64,000 bases of DNA from the human T2T-CHM13v2.0 reference genome, Homo sapiens: assembly GCF_009914755.1 (NCBI RefSeq), contig NC_060931.1; one strand, 5' to 3'. Positions 1 through 14,849 of this stretch are shown here, one piece after another. Below the pieces are notes generated by a model. That model was given only the letters and a program-made list of their open reading frames with translations, did not search any database and was not told where the DNA came from. Each line of letters starts with the position of its first letter. The first letter of the stretch is position 1. Both the position numbers and the translations under genes were made by a program.

Positions 1-65
1 AAGCAATCCTCCTGCCTTGGCCTCCCAAAGCACTGAGATTACAAGCGTGACTCACTGTGCCTGGT

Positions 66-1719
66 CTAAAATATATAATTTTACTTCTTTTTAAGTATAT
101 AATTGTTTGTTAGTATATTTACCATGTTGTATAACTATTACAACTATCTGATACTAGAACATTTCCACCACCCCAAACAGAAACCTCATTCTTCCCATTT
201 TCCCCTTCTCCCCATCCCAAACACTTATCTACATTTCACCTTGATGGGTTTGCCTATTCTAGATATATCTCATAATTAGAATCATACCATATACAGCCTT
301 CTGTGTCCAGTTTCTTTGCCTAGCATAATGTTTTTAAGGTTTAGCCATATTTGTATTTTATTCCTTTAGTTGGCTAGTTAATATCCACTTTATGGATTAT
401 ATCATCTTCTGTTTATCCATTCATCAGTTGATGGATATTTGGGTTGTATTCAATTTTTAACTATTGTCAATAATTCTGCTACAAGCATTTATATACAAGT
501 TTTTGTGTGAACATGTGTTTTCAATTCTTTTGTGTATATATCTAGGAGTGGAACTGCTGGATCCTATGGTAACTCTATGTTTACCCTTTGAGGAATGCCA
601 AGTTGTTTTCCAAAGTGACATCATTTTACAGTACAATGCAAAAGGTTTACAATGTCTCCGCATCCTTTCTGAAACTTGTTGCTGTTGTTATCACCAACCT
701 AGTGGGTTTTGATATTATTGTGGTTTTGATTTGTATTTCTCTAATGACAGATGACTGAGCATCTTTCATGTGCTTACTGACTACTTGTGTATCTTCTTTG
801 GAGAAATATCTACTCTAATTATTTGTCCTTTTTTAATTTAGCTGTTTGTCTTTTTGTTGAATTGTGCAAGTTCTTTATATTCTCTACATTTGACCATTAT
901 AATGTACTTTACTTGCAAATATTTTATCCCATTCTGTGGGTTATCTTTTCACTTTCTTGATGGTGTCATTTGATTCACATACGTTTTAGATTTTGATGAA
1001 ATCCAATTTATCTATTTCTTATTTTGTTGCTTGGACTTTCTGATTCACATTTAGGAAATTGCTGCCTAACCCAAGTCATGAGATTTACACCTGTTTCCCT
1101 CTAACAATTGCAACTTTAGCTCTGGCATTTGAAGTTAATTTTTGTATATGTTATGAAGTAGGTATCCAACTTTCTGTATGTTTGCATGTGGACATTCAGT
1201 TGTCTCAACATTATTTGTTGAAAAGACTGTTCTTTCCTCCATTGAATGGCCTTGGCACCCTTGTCAAAAATCAATTGACCAAAATGTATATAGGTTTTCT
1301 TTTTGGACTCTCAATTCTATTCCATGGCATATATTTTTATACTTATGCCAGTGCCACACTGTTTTGACTACTGTAGCCTTGTAGTAAGTTTTGAAATCAG
1401 AAAGTGAGTCCTCCAACGTTTTTCTCCTTTTTCAGATTGTCTAGTCATGGTTCCCTGAATTTCCATATGAATATTAAGATTAGCTTGTTTATTTTTGCAC
1501 AAAGGCAGTTAGAATTTTGACAGGAGTTGCATTGAGTCTGCAGGTCAATTTGGGGACTCTTGTCTTTAGCTTTTTTTAAGATATATTTTCCTTCAGCTTT
1601 TTAAACATTTTACACATAGCTGATTAAAGTCTTTGTCTAGTAAGTTCACCATCTGGACTTCCTGAAGGGTAATTTCTGTTGATTGCTTTTTTACTCTTTG
1701 GGTAATATGGGCCACACTT

Positions 1720-1773
<54 letters not shown>

Positions 1774-2830
1774 ATGTATTATAATTTTTTATTGAATGCT
1801 GAACATTTTTTTGACTATTATAAAGGAATAATTATGGAAATTAGATCGCCCTTGCTTAGGGGTTTGTTGTTGATGCTTATTTTAGTTATTGTTTGTTTGT
1901 TTAGCAACTTCTCTGAACTAATTTTGTAAAGTCTGTATTATTTGTCGTATGTGGGCATTGACAACTTTGTTCAGTTAGCTTAGTGGTCAGCTAATGAGTG
2001 GACTGAAATTTCCTTAAACTTATGAAACCCCAAATTTCCCAGTCTTTCCAGAAGAGCTCTGTTAGGTTTCTCCAACACTCAGTCAAGAAGTTGACAAGTG
2101 TGACATAGTCTTCACTTTCTACCTGCGTAGAAGCTGAAGGTCAGCAGAGGTGAGCACTTAGGGCCTCCTCAGGTCCTTCCTGGGCATACTCACAGCTCTG
2201 GGAATGAGTGTTAACTTCTAAATTCCCAGGAATATATTGGAGTTTTTCAAAGCCTGCCCCTCCCCCTGCCCCCATTTCCCCCAAAGCATTTTATTTCCCA
2301 GCCATTCGTCCTGAACTTTTTGATTAGTCTGTTGTTTGCTTCAACTGTTATCCATTGGCTTAAACAGCAGGAACTAAGTCATTTGCCTGCAAATGTTTTC
2401 AACTAACAACCCCTGGTAGTGGTTTCAGCACTGGGTGATTTCCAAGTTAGATGAGAAAAAGTCAAGCCTTTTGAGCTATTTTTTTCAAGGGAGCCATCAG
2501 ACAAGCTAAAACAAATACTTACATTTTTTTGTGAATGAGGTTTATTCTATTACCAGTACTGGACATGTGGGCTATCATTTCAAGGCTATCACTTATCTGG
2601 GGAGCAGAGAATAGGGAAAATTAACATTCCACAAAGCTGCTTGTTCTGTTCTCACCAAAATTCAGCCATTTTTCTTGAATAAGTGCTTCCTGGGTTGCTG
2701 CCAGCTTTTGACTAGTTTCCAGAGTTCCAACAAGTTGATTCTGACCATTTTTTCAGGATTTTTTAATGGCTTTTATGGAAACACAGAATTTTAGAGTTCC
2801 CAATCTGCCACTTTCACTGATGTCACTCTC
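66..2830 (-). mobile_element. Old L1M (L1MB/L1MC/L1MD-type) 3' UTR and ORF2-end fragments
   Basis: Diverged antisense L1 phrases: 'gtttatccattcatcagttgatggatatttgggttg', 'gagcatcttttcatgtgctta'-like, 'gtagtaagttttgaaatcagaaagtgagtcctccaac'. Confidence 0.8.
1722..1769. repeat. (TG)n microsatellite
   Basis: Uninterrupted TG run of about 24 units. Confidence 0.97.
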
Positions 2831-2982
2831 TAGTTAATCACTTCAAGTAGAATGTAAAAATCTTACCGGCACGTAAGTCCTTTTATTCTCTTCTTTTATA
2901 CTGTAGTCGTCTTACACATTACTTTCATATACCTTAGAATCTCCATTAGGTAATGTTATAATTTTTATTTCCATCTGCCAAG

Positions 2983-3161
2983 TTTTTTTTTTTTGAGACG
3001 GAATCTCAAAATACAAATATAACATCTTTTTCTGTATTTTTAGTAGAGACGAAGTTTCACCATGTTGGCCAGGCTGGTCTTGAACTCCTGACCTCAAGTG
3101 ATCTGCCTGCCTCCGCCTCCCAAAGTGCTGCAATTACAGGCATGAGCCACTGCGCCCAGCC
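2983..3161 (-). mobile_element. Alu with most of the right monomer deleted
   Basis: polyT-gagacggaatctca, then about 24 nt of filler, then tgtatttttagtagagac...gcgcccagcc. Confidence 0.85.
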
Positions 3162-3372
3162 TGTATCCTACTTTTCTGAAAGTTTTTCTTTTTAAGCCAG
3201 GAATGAATGTTGGATTTTGTTAAATGCTTTTTCCGCATCTAACAAGATGATCATGTGGGTTTCCTTAGTCTGTTATGGTGAATTATGTTGTTTGATTTTA
3301 GAATGTTAAACCAACTTTCCATTTCTGAGATAAACGTTCACTTGGTTGTGTTGGATTATCCTTTTTATATAA

Positions 3373-3587
<215 letters not shown>

Positions 3588-4647
3588 CAATTTATTCTCA
3601 TTTTCTCTGATAATACAGTAATTTTTAAAGGATACATTAAAGGGTTAAACCCTAAATAAAGTATATCCAATTAATGGCAATGGTAATAGCTAACAGTTAC
3701 AGGGTGCATACCAGACACCAGACTAAATGCTCTTCATGAATTATCTCAATTAATACAACAGATATACCAGAAAAGTCACTCAACCTCTACAAGCAGCACT
3801 ACACTATTCATTATGTCGTTTCAAAATTTCAACTGACTATAGCTGGCAATTTCAAGCAATTATCAGCCATTCCCTGGTCACAGTGTTCATGACCCAGGTC
3901 AAATTTCACCTTGAAAACTCTTGCAAACACGTTCACAAAAATGTCCAACAGAGACAGGACACTCAATGAGGAGTTTTCTTCACACTGCTTGAAAGCATTC
4001 CTTATTTATTGCATGTTTCTCATTTCAGTCATGTTTTAGCATTCTATCTGTCTAATCCATCCATCCACCCCTAAGCAGCTGTGTAGCTGGTTCATCTCTT
4101 AATATGACTCTGATGTTAGGACTTAAAGCCTGCAGGGACCTGAAAATGACATGGCCACCTCCCAGGTGCATGAGAATATTTTTGGAGACTGCTGGCATCA
4201 CATGCAACCTTCTCCCACTCACTCAACTTCACTCAACTTCTCTGTTTTAATTCACTACAACTCTTACCATGCAAGAAACCAAGTATGCCTGTCGGTCTAT
4301 GTAATAGATGGAGAAGTATTATAAATAGGGTATTTGCTACTGAAACATAGTATGTGAAGAGCAGTGCAGATAGTTAGAAATAGTGCACATTGTTTTTTAT
4401 TAATTTGATGAGTTCTCCAACAGAGTCAGAAAATCCAATAGTCAGACAAAGAGAAGATTCCACTTAGGTTCCACAGCCCCATGCCAGCTGGATACCAGTC
4501 AAGCCCCACAAATCAGCAAACGCCAAGCTTCAATGAAAATGAAAGAGTAAACATGGGGCCTATGAGAAGACACTGCAACACACAGGAAGGAAAACATTGT
4601 CCCAATTCTCAAAGAAAGAGCCTATTCCATCTTAAGAAACAGAGGTA

Positions 4648-5155
4648 GGCTGGGTGCAGTGGCTCATACCTATAATACCAACACTTTGAGAGGATCATTT
4701 GAAGCCAGGAGTTCCAGGCCTGCCTGGACAACATAGCAAGACCCCGTCTCTACGAAAAATATAAAAATTAGCTGAGCATGGTGGTGCGCATCTGTAGTTC
4801 CAGCTGCTCAGGAGGCTGAGGCAGGAGGATCGCTTGAGCCCATGACTTCTCATTTACCTGGGCGGTGACCGTGTCTGTTTTCAGTTCCCTGCAAGCTTCA
4901 TGTCCTAGCATCAGAGTCATATTAAGAGAGAAACCAGCTAGACGGCTGCTCAGTGGGTTGGTGGATGGATGGATGGATGGATGGATACATACATTAGATT
5001 AGATAGATAGATAGATACATAGATACATAGATACATAGATAGATAGTGTTAAAGTTTGCTTGAGCCCTGAGCCTCACCCAAGGCTGCAGTGAGCTATAAA
5101 GCCATGGCACTCCAGTCTCGGCAACAGAGCAAGACTCTGTCTCAAAAAGAAAAGA
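4648..5155 (+). mobile_element. AluJ interrupted by an inverted local copy and (GGAT)n/(GATA)n repeats
   Basis: Alu runs to gcttgagccc (4841), non-Alu sequence at 4847-5053, Alu resumes at gcttgagccc (5058). Confidence 0.9.
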
Positions 5156-5519
5156 AACAAGTAAATTTTAGAAACCATGTCGATGGGGTCACCCTAAAAG
5201 GATGCAGGAAGACATGGCCTTTGTGAGACTGGGGCAGATCACTGCAAAGAGAGCACAGCATAGTGACAGGGAAGCCACAAACAAGAAAATAAGGAGAGAG
5301 GAATGAAACATCCAGCAGCTGAATAAAAATGTACAACAGAGGCAATAAAGACTAGATGTTTTCCTGAAAAATAAACCAAAGTTTTGATATAAGAGAAAAA
5401 CTAGAAGAGCTCTCCCAGAATGCAGACGGAAAGCACAAAGACATAAACATGTTGATAAATGTGTATTAAATTATGCAGAGCAAAGAATGAAGATGCAACC
5501 TAAGAATTATAGGTGTTCC

Positions 5520-6173
5520 TTGCTTTTACACTGTTGGTGAGAGTGTAAATTAGTTCAACCATTATGGAAGACAGTGTGGCGATTCCTCAAGGATCGAGAA
5601 CCAGAAATACCATTTGACCCAGCAATCCTATTACTGGGTATATACCCAAAGGATTACAAATCATTCTACTATAAAGATACATGCACATGTATGTTTACTG
5701 CAGCACTATTTACATTAGCAAAGAGTTGGAACCAACCCAAATGCCCATGAATGGTAGACTGGATAAAGAAAATGTGGCACATATATACCACGAATACTAT
5801 GCAGCCATAAAAAAGAATGAGTTCATTTGCAGGGGCATATGAGTCCTTCGCAGGGGCATAGTTGAGCTGGAAGCCATCATTTTCAGCAAACTAACACAGG
5901 AACAGAAACCCGAACACCCCGTGTTCTCACTCATAAGCGGGAGCTGAATAATGAGAACGTATGGAAACAGGGAGAGGAACATCACACACTGGGGCCTGTC
6001 AGGGGCATGGGGGCAAGGGGAGGGAGAGCATTAGGACAAATACCTAATGCATGCAGGGCTTAAAACCTAGATGACGGGTTGATAGGTGCAGCAAACCACC
6101 ATGGCACATGTATACTTATGTAACCTGCACGTTCTGCACATGTATCCCAGAACTTAAAGTAAAATTTTAGAAA
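5520..6173 (+). mobile_element. 5'-truncated L1PA 3' end with TSD, inserted in an old L1M ORF1 remnant
   Basis: L1PA ORF2 end and 3' UTR (gacccagcaatc..., gcaaaccaccatggcacatgtatac, agaacttaaagtaaaa); TSD aagaattatagRtgYtcc at 5502-5519 and 6174-6191. Confidence 0.93.
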
Positions 6174-6764
6174 AAGAATTATAGATGCTCCAAGAAATAA
6201 GCCAAACCCATAGAAGAGAGGATATCATAAGAAAAATGCTTAAGAAGTTTTTTCCTGAACTGATTAAAGAGTAAGTATGAAGTTCAAAGTGGATCACAAC
6301 TTGGCGAAATCAATGAGAAGAGACTCACAGGTAATAGTTAACATTTTTGAAATTTATGGGTGGAGGGGATAAAATCACTGCAATGTACAAACAAAACAAA
6401 AATGCAAGCCCCTTGGATGGACCCTAAGAGGAATCAAAGCTGCAAGTGTTGGAGTCAAGTCCTTCAGCTGATGGGAGCACTGTCCGTGGGCATTTCCAGC
6501 TGTGACCCAGTAATGGCTATATCCAGGGAGATTAGCAATAGGAATTTTTCTGTCAGTGCAAGACATTCATAGGAGAGGGCCATCTTGATGATGAACGATG
6601 AGAAAGGGAGAAAAATGACAGCCGTCAGGCAAGAAATAAAGAGAATCTGGGCTCACAGACATGGGAGAAACACCTCTGCAGAGTCTGGGAGGCTTAAGTT
6701 CCCAAAGAGTGAGTGACAGACTGTCAGAAAAATGCTTCCTGGTGACTGTTATTAGAATTGCATT

Positions 6765-7842
<1,078 letters not shown>

Positions 7843-8155
7843 TAGGATGTAATCCCCAGAGAGCAGGCCCTATGGGATGCCGTCTTCACTTCTGTCCCCA
7901 GCAGCTGGCGCAGATGGTCCTTGTATAACTACAAGTATAGGACCCCATCTTACCTCTAAGGAAGTGTTCTGGGAAGGGACAGAGCAGGGAGTCTTTACAA
8001 TGACGAAGAGAAACGTCCTGTCTGAAAATTTGTTCCTACCCAGTAAAGAGAATAAGCAATGATTTCACAGCTTATTTTCCAATCCATAGTGCAGCTAAGG
8101 GTGGAGGCATAGATGAGTTGGCCCTGTTGTCCCATTAGCATCACAATAATCCCCC

Positions 8156-8363
8156 TTTTTAAAATCTTACTTTAAGTTCTGGGATATCTGTGCAGAACAT
8201 GCAGGTTTGTTACATAGGGATACATGTTGACCCAGCAATCCCATTACTGGGTATATACCCAAAGGATTATAAATCATTCTACTATAAAGACACGTGCACC
8301 CATATGTTTATTGCAGCACTATTTACAATAGCAAAGACTTGGAACCAACCCAAATGCCCATCA
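8156..8363 (-). mobile_element. Short L1PA insertion with 5' inversion (twin priming)
   Basis: Antisense L1 3' terminus (8156-8227) joined to sense-strand L1 ORF2 end (8228-8363); TSD-like aataatcccc on both sides. Confidence 0.85.
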
Positions 8364-9786
8364 ATAATAATCCCCATTTCTTATGCATAAATGCATTCCT
8401 GGATATGACTTGGAGGAAGGAGGCGGCAAAATGCTTTCTCCATTACTGGCAGGGGACATTTTTGCAGACTGTTGCCTTTAATAAAATAGTTTTTTTCCAT
8501 TATGTGGACTTACATAAAACTGTCTCTGAGAAGTGTAGTTTTTCCTTGGGAGGTGAGTGAATGTCTGCAAGTGTGTGCATATTCTCTCCAATATCTACTC
8601 CTGGGGGATTAGAGGAACACAGAGAGAATAAAAAACGTATGTTGATTTCAACAAATGCTGCTGGAACAACTGAATGATCGTACACAAAGAAATGAACCTT
8701 TAAAAAGGTAAAGAAGAGAGGAAGAAAATGAACCTAAATATAGAACTTATACCTTTTTATTAATTTGGGTTAATGAAAATTAATTCAAAATGGGGCTTGG
8801 TGTTGTGTGCCTGTAATCCCAGCTACTCAAGAGGTTGACAGGGGAGGATTGCTTCAGCCTGGGAGTTCAAAGCTGCAGTATGCTATGTTGCATGTGTGAT
8901 CAGCTACTGCACTCCAGCCTGGGCAACATAGTGAGACCCCGTCTCAAGAAAAAAAAAAGTAAAAGCAAAATGGATCATAGGCCTTAATGCAAATCACAAA
9001 ACTATAAAACTTCTAGAAGAAAACACAGGAGAAAGTAGAGGTGACCTTGTGTTTGGTGGTGGGCTTTCAGATAAAACACCAAAAGCATTATCCCTGAAAG
9101 AAAAAAAAATTACTAGTTTGGACATTATTAATATTTAAAAAGATACTTTTAAGAGAATGAAAAGATGAACCACAAATTGGGAGAAAAATATTTGAGAACG
9201 CATATCTGATAAAGGACTTGTAGTCAAAATATACTAAGAAATCTTAAAACTCAAAAATGAAAAAAACAAAGAATCTCATGGGAAAAGTGGTCAAAAAATT
9301 TGAACATACTCCTCCGCAAGAAAAAATATACGGATGGCAAGTAAACATATGAAAAGATGCTCAACAGCGCTCGTCATAGAGAATTGAAAATTAAAACAAG
9401 ATACCACTACACACATATTAGAATGACTAGAACATGTTTTAAAAGACAATAATAACTGCTAGCAAAAATGTGAAGCAACAAGAACTTTCTTGATGATGGG
9501 AATATAAAATGGTATAGTCACTTTGGGAGACAATTTAGAAGTTTCTTACAAGGCTAAACGTTAATCTTATCACATGATTCAGCAAACAGGGTCTCAGGTA
9601 TTTACTCAACTCATTTGAAAACACTATGTCCACACAAAAATCTACATGCAAATGTTTATAGCAGCTTTATTCAGAATCACAGAAAGGTGGAAGCAATTAA
9701 GGTGTCCTTTAATAAGTGAACGGATAACAAACTGTGGTACATCTATGAAATGGAATATTATTCAGTTATAAAAAGAAATGCCATAT

Positions 9787-10259
9787 TGATATGGTTTGGC
9801 TTCATGTCCCCACCCAAACCTCATCTCGAATTCTCATCCCCAGGTACCACAGGAAAATGGAATACTATTCAGTTATAAAAAAGAAATGCCATATTGATAT
9901 GGTTTGGCTCTGTGTCCCCACCCAATGCTCATCTGGAATTCTTATCCCAAGCTGTCAAGGGAGTAACTTGGTGGTGATGACTGGATCATGGGGGTGGTTT
10001 CCCCCCTGCTGTTCTTGTGATAGTGACTGAGTTCTCATGAGATCGAATGGTTTAAAAGTGTGTGGCAGTTTCCTCATCACACGCTCTCTCCTGCTGCCAT
10101 GTCAAGAAAGTCCTTGCTTCCCCTTCACCTTCCACCATGACTGTAACTTTCCTGAGGCCTCCCTGACCATGCAAAACTGTGAGTCAATTTAACCTTTTTT
10201 ATTTATACATTACCCAGTCTTGGGTAGTTCTTTATAGCAGTGTAAAAACAACTAATACA
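9787..10259. mobile_element. MaLR LTR (THE1D/MSTA-like) with its start tandemly duplicated
   Basis: tgatatggtttggct...tacccagtcttgggtagttctttatagcagtg...actaataca. Confidence 0.88.
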
Positions 10260-11489
10260 AATTATCAAACCACAAAGACACGGATTGATCTTAAATTCAT
10301 ATATGTAAGTGAGAGAAGCCAGTTTGAAAAGGCTACCTACTGTATGCTTCCAATCACACAATATTCTGGAAAAGGCAAAACTATCAGGGATAAAGGGAAA
10401 GGTTGAAGAGGTGGAGCAGAGGCATTTTTCAGGGCAGTGAAACTATTTTGTATGGAACTGTAATTGTGGATACATGACAATATGTATTTGTCAAAACCCA
10501 TCGAACTTTGGCACAAAGAATGAATCTTAATGCATGCAAATTTTAAAAAATGATCTAGGAGGTCCATGGAATCCCAGGATGGAATACAGAATGTGACAAA
10601 TCAATCTGTGTTACAAATGGTATGACACAAACTCACTGAAGGGGTTCGGAGAAAAGTGCTGACTTAAGTAACTTTGGAAATGGCTGGGTTCTAGAAAACT
10701 CACTGCAAAGGAACTATACATAAGCGTTTTAGTTGATAAGGTTGTCTCCTATGGGTAAATTGGTTAACAATTCTGATATTACTGTACATGTAAACTAGAC
10801 CTAAACAAGCAAATAAATGGTGGATGGTAGGAGCCAGATTGCAGTACTGAAGTGGGGGTTTCCAGTAAACAAGGGGAGAATTCTAGGATGACCATATAAT
10901 AATAGCTTACAGTTGGAGACATCAGTGTAAACCTATGTGTTGTTAGTGTTTTTTAGAGATGGGTTATCACTCTTTCACCCAATCTGGAGTACAGTGGTGT
11001 AATCATAGCTCACTGCAACCCTGAACTCCTGGGCTCAAGAGATCCTCCTACCTCAGCATTCTGAGTAGCTGGGGCTACAGGGGCATGCCACCACACCTAG
11101 CTAATTTAAAAAAATAAATTTAAGGGGTCTTGTCACCTTGCCCTGGCTGGCCTTAACCCCATGTTTAGTTCAATATAGATACAGATGGTTACATCTAGAA
11201 GTATAGATATGTGTACATACATAGTTTAGTATATATACATATATTTCATTATTCCGTCAGCTGAGGGGACCTAGAAATAACAATGCCTCAGTAGCAATAC
11301 ACAAGATGAGCCTGGAACATCTTTCAGTGCCAGAAAGAAAGTTCTCAAAACACAGGAGCTAACAGTTCCCAATGGCCAAGGGTGCAACACTTTGAGCAAT
11401 AAAAGAAAAAAATTTGTACTGGATCATAACCCAAAGTATAAAATAAGTATCCATAAGTCCATACTTATGAAAATACATGATCAAACTAA

Positions 11490-11632
11490 AGAAGGGAGGG
11501 AGGGAGGGAGGGAAGGAAGGAAGGGAAGGAAGGGAAGGGAGGGGAGGGAGGGAGGGAGGAAGGGAGGAAGGGAGGGAGGGAGGGAGGGAGGGAGGGAGGG
11601 AGGGAGGGAGGAAGGGAGGAAGGGAGGAAGGC
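11490..11632. repeat. GGAA/GGGA purine-rich simple repeat
   Basis: Continuous (GGAA/GGGA)n tract. Confidence 0.95.
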
Positions 11633-12337
11633 AGGCATCTCCCATATACAAGAATTCCATAATTTATAGGTAATCTGCTCTCATGGAGCAGGAGCATAAC
11701 TCCTGTTTCTTAAGTGTAGTCTGTGCAGTGACTTTCTCCCAAAGGATACAGTACGGAAAGAGGGAAAAGTTGTAACTTCACGGTAGAGAAACCTGACAAA
11801 CACACACTCCCTCCGCCCCGGGTGATCAAGGTCAACATCAACGGTGACAGTCATGTTGACAGTGTAAGCCTTTGATACAATGTGATGAAAATGGCCCTTC
11901 CCCTCTGTGATCTTCCTCCCCTACACCCATCACCCCAGTCTAATCATGAGAAAACCGTCAGATGAATCCCACTTGAGACAGTCTACAATATACATACCCA
12001 ATACTTTTCAAAGCTGTCAGGATCATCGAAAATAAGAAAAGTCTGAGAAACTGTCACAGCCAAGGGGAACTAAGGAGACAGGACAAGTAAATGCACCATT
12101 GCCAGGCACAGAAGGACAAACACCACATGATCTCACCCACAGGTGATCTGAAAAGGTTGATCCCATAGAAGTTGAAAGTAGAACAGTGGTTACCAGAGGT
12201 TGGGGAGAATTGGGGGATAGGGGTAGGGAGAGGCTGGTTGGTATAGTCACAGTGAGATGAGAGGAATAAGTTGTGTTCTATTGCACAGTAAAGTGACTGT
12301 AATTAACAATAACATGTTGTATATTTCCAAAGAGTTA

Positions 12338-12418
12338 CTAGGTTGGTGCAAAAGTAATTGTGGGTTTTGCCATTGACTTTTAATGGTGAAACGCAAAATT
12401 GCTTTTGCACCAACCTAG
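12338..12418. mobile_element. MADE1 mariner-derived MITE (palindromic, about 80 bp)
   Basis: taggttggtgcaaaagtaattg...ttttgcaccaaccta terminal inverted repeats, with TA dinucleotides at 12336-37 and 12419-20. Confidence 0.93.
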
Positions 12419-13887
12419 TAGAAGAAAGGACTTTTTAAAATGTTCTTCCAACAAAGAAATGATAAATGTTTGAAGTGATGAATATGCTAATTACCCTGAT
12501 TTGATCAATACACAATCCACAAATGTGTAACATTACACTGTAACCCATAAATATGAGTTATTGTATCCATTAAAAAATAAAATACAATTTTTTAAAAAGG
12601 GGCACGTCCTTTCATCTTCCCAAGAGGTACTTCCTACCTCCTGTCCTGCCTGGACATGGTCTCAGGAGTCTTGGAGAGCAAGGAAAAATGCAAAAAAAAC
12701 AAACAAAAAAGGTACCGTTATATCCTATAATGAGATCCAAGCACAGAAAAAGGACATTAAGTACAAACCCGAGGAAATTTGCCTAAATCATGAGCCTTAA
12801 TAATAATGTATCAAAGTGGTTCATTAACTGCAGCACATGTACCATACTTAAGTAAAATGCTAATGGGCGATACTGCGTGTTGGGGATATGGGCACTCTGT
12901 GCTATCTTTGCAATGTTTCTGCAAATTCAAAACCGTTCTAAAAAAAGTTTATTCTTAAAAAATTTATTCTCATATTGTCTCCCCCATCTGTGCCCTCTCC
13001 CTAAAAGATGGCCTAAAAATGCAGAGAGAGAGAGAGAATCATGGCTTAAGCATCCTGCTTGCTGATCCCACATACATGACCACAGACACCTGTTGGTCTC
13101 CAGGGGGATGTGTCTTGTCACCCGGTCGCAGGTGTGCACTGGCTGGCCAATAATCCTGAAGTTCAGAACTGGTGCATTTGGGCTCCTTCTAGTTGGTGCA
13201 ATGCTTTCAGGATTCCTGGTATCTGCCCTGAGTGTTTGGGCTTCCTCTCAGCTCTGTGTGGCTGCAGATCGCTGGGTCTCTATTTTGCCCTCTCTCTAGA
13301 CCTGGACCAGCAGGCCACGTCCATCCTCTGTTCTGGAAACACCCTGGCATCCAGCGCTTCCTTCAGTTACCATAAAGCTATTGAGTGAGACTCAGGAAAG
13401 CTACCTTGTTGCGCTCTCTACTCATTTAACTTGCAAGCAGTATTCTGAGCAGGTGCTCTGTCCGGTGGGCTCCCAAGGTCTCCATGGCGGGGCAACGCAG
13501 GAGCCCCTGTCCCTGGTATTCACATCAAACACCCCCTGGGGACCAATCCCAGAGAGAAGGATGCAGGAATTCTTCCAGTTCTCCTGCCTCTTTCTCATTT
13601 TGCCCTTCTCTTCTCCAACTTTGAATCAGAAAGTAGAAGTTTCCTTTACTTCTGTTTCATAGCCTCCTTCTTTCTGGCTCCATCCTCAAAATTAAGCCTT
13701 AAAAGTGTCCGAGGCATCGTCTTTACATTAGGAAAATAATTTTTAAGCCTTAAAAGTGTCAGAGGCATCTTCTTTACACTAGGAAAAGAATTCAAAAATC
13801 TGAGTCTTCCCTGTTAGGCTTTAATTTTGCAAGCTTTCACTGCCCGTGAAGCATGGTTTTAAAGTGTAACGTCTCCTTAAGAAGTCA

Positions 13888-14393
<506 letters not shown>

Positions 14394-14469
14394 CTAAGGA
14401 GGGGTAGGACCTTTGCCCTGGGAAGACCTGAAAAAAGAAGCACTGGCTCTAAGAAATAAGGGGGATTGG

Positions 14470-14775
14470 GGCCGGGCACGGCGACTCACCCCTGTAATCC
14501 CAGCACTTTGGGAGGCCGAGGCGGGTGAATCATGAGGTCAGGAGTCCCAGACCAGCCTGGCCAACGTCGTGAAACACCACCTCTACTAAAAATACAAAAA
14601 AATTAGCGGGGCATGGTGGCAGGCACCTGTAATCTCAGCTACTCAGGAGGGTGAGGCAGGAGAATCACTTGAACCTGGGAGGCAGAGGTTGTAGTGAGCC
14701 GAGATCACGCCACTGCACTCTAGCCTGGGTGACAGTGCAAGACTCTGTCTAAAAAAGTAAAAATTAAAAAAATAA
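14470..14775 (+). mobile_element. AluS
   Basis: ggccgggcacggcgactc...; full dimer; flanking gattgg TSD-like. Confidence 0.93.
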
Positions 14776-14849
14776 ATGAGAGATTGGCTGCCCTGAGACA
14801 GTGAAACGTGGCTGAGAAACTCACCAGCCAGGGGGCCCAAGAATAGAAT

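Larger units (their letters stand above)
8600..12960 (+). mobile_element. Fragmented L1MC/L1MD 3' region with nested Alus (about 8790-8960, 10950-11155), a MaLR LTR, an L1MA 3' end (about 12090-12590) and MADE1
   Basis: L1M phrases: ataaaacttctagaagaaaac, atatctgataaaggacttg, gtgagagaagccagtttgaaaaggctac, ccccagtctaatcatgagaaaac. Confidence 0.8.
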
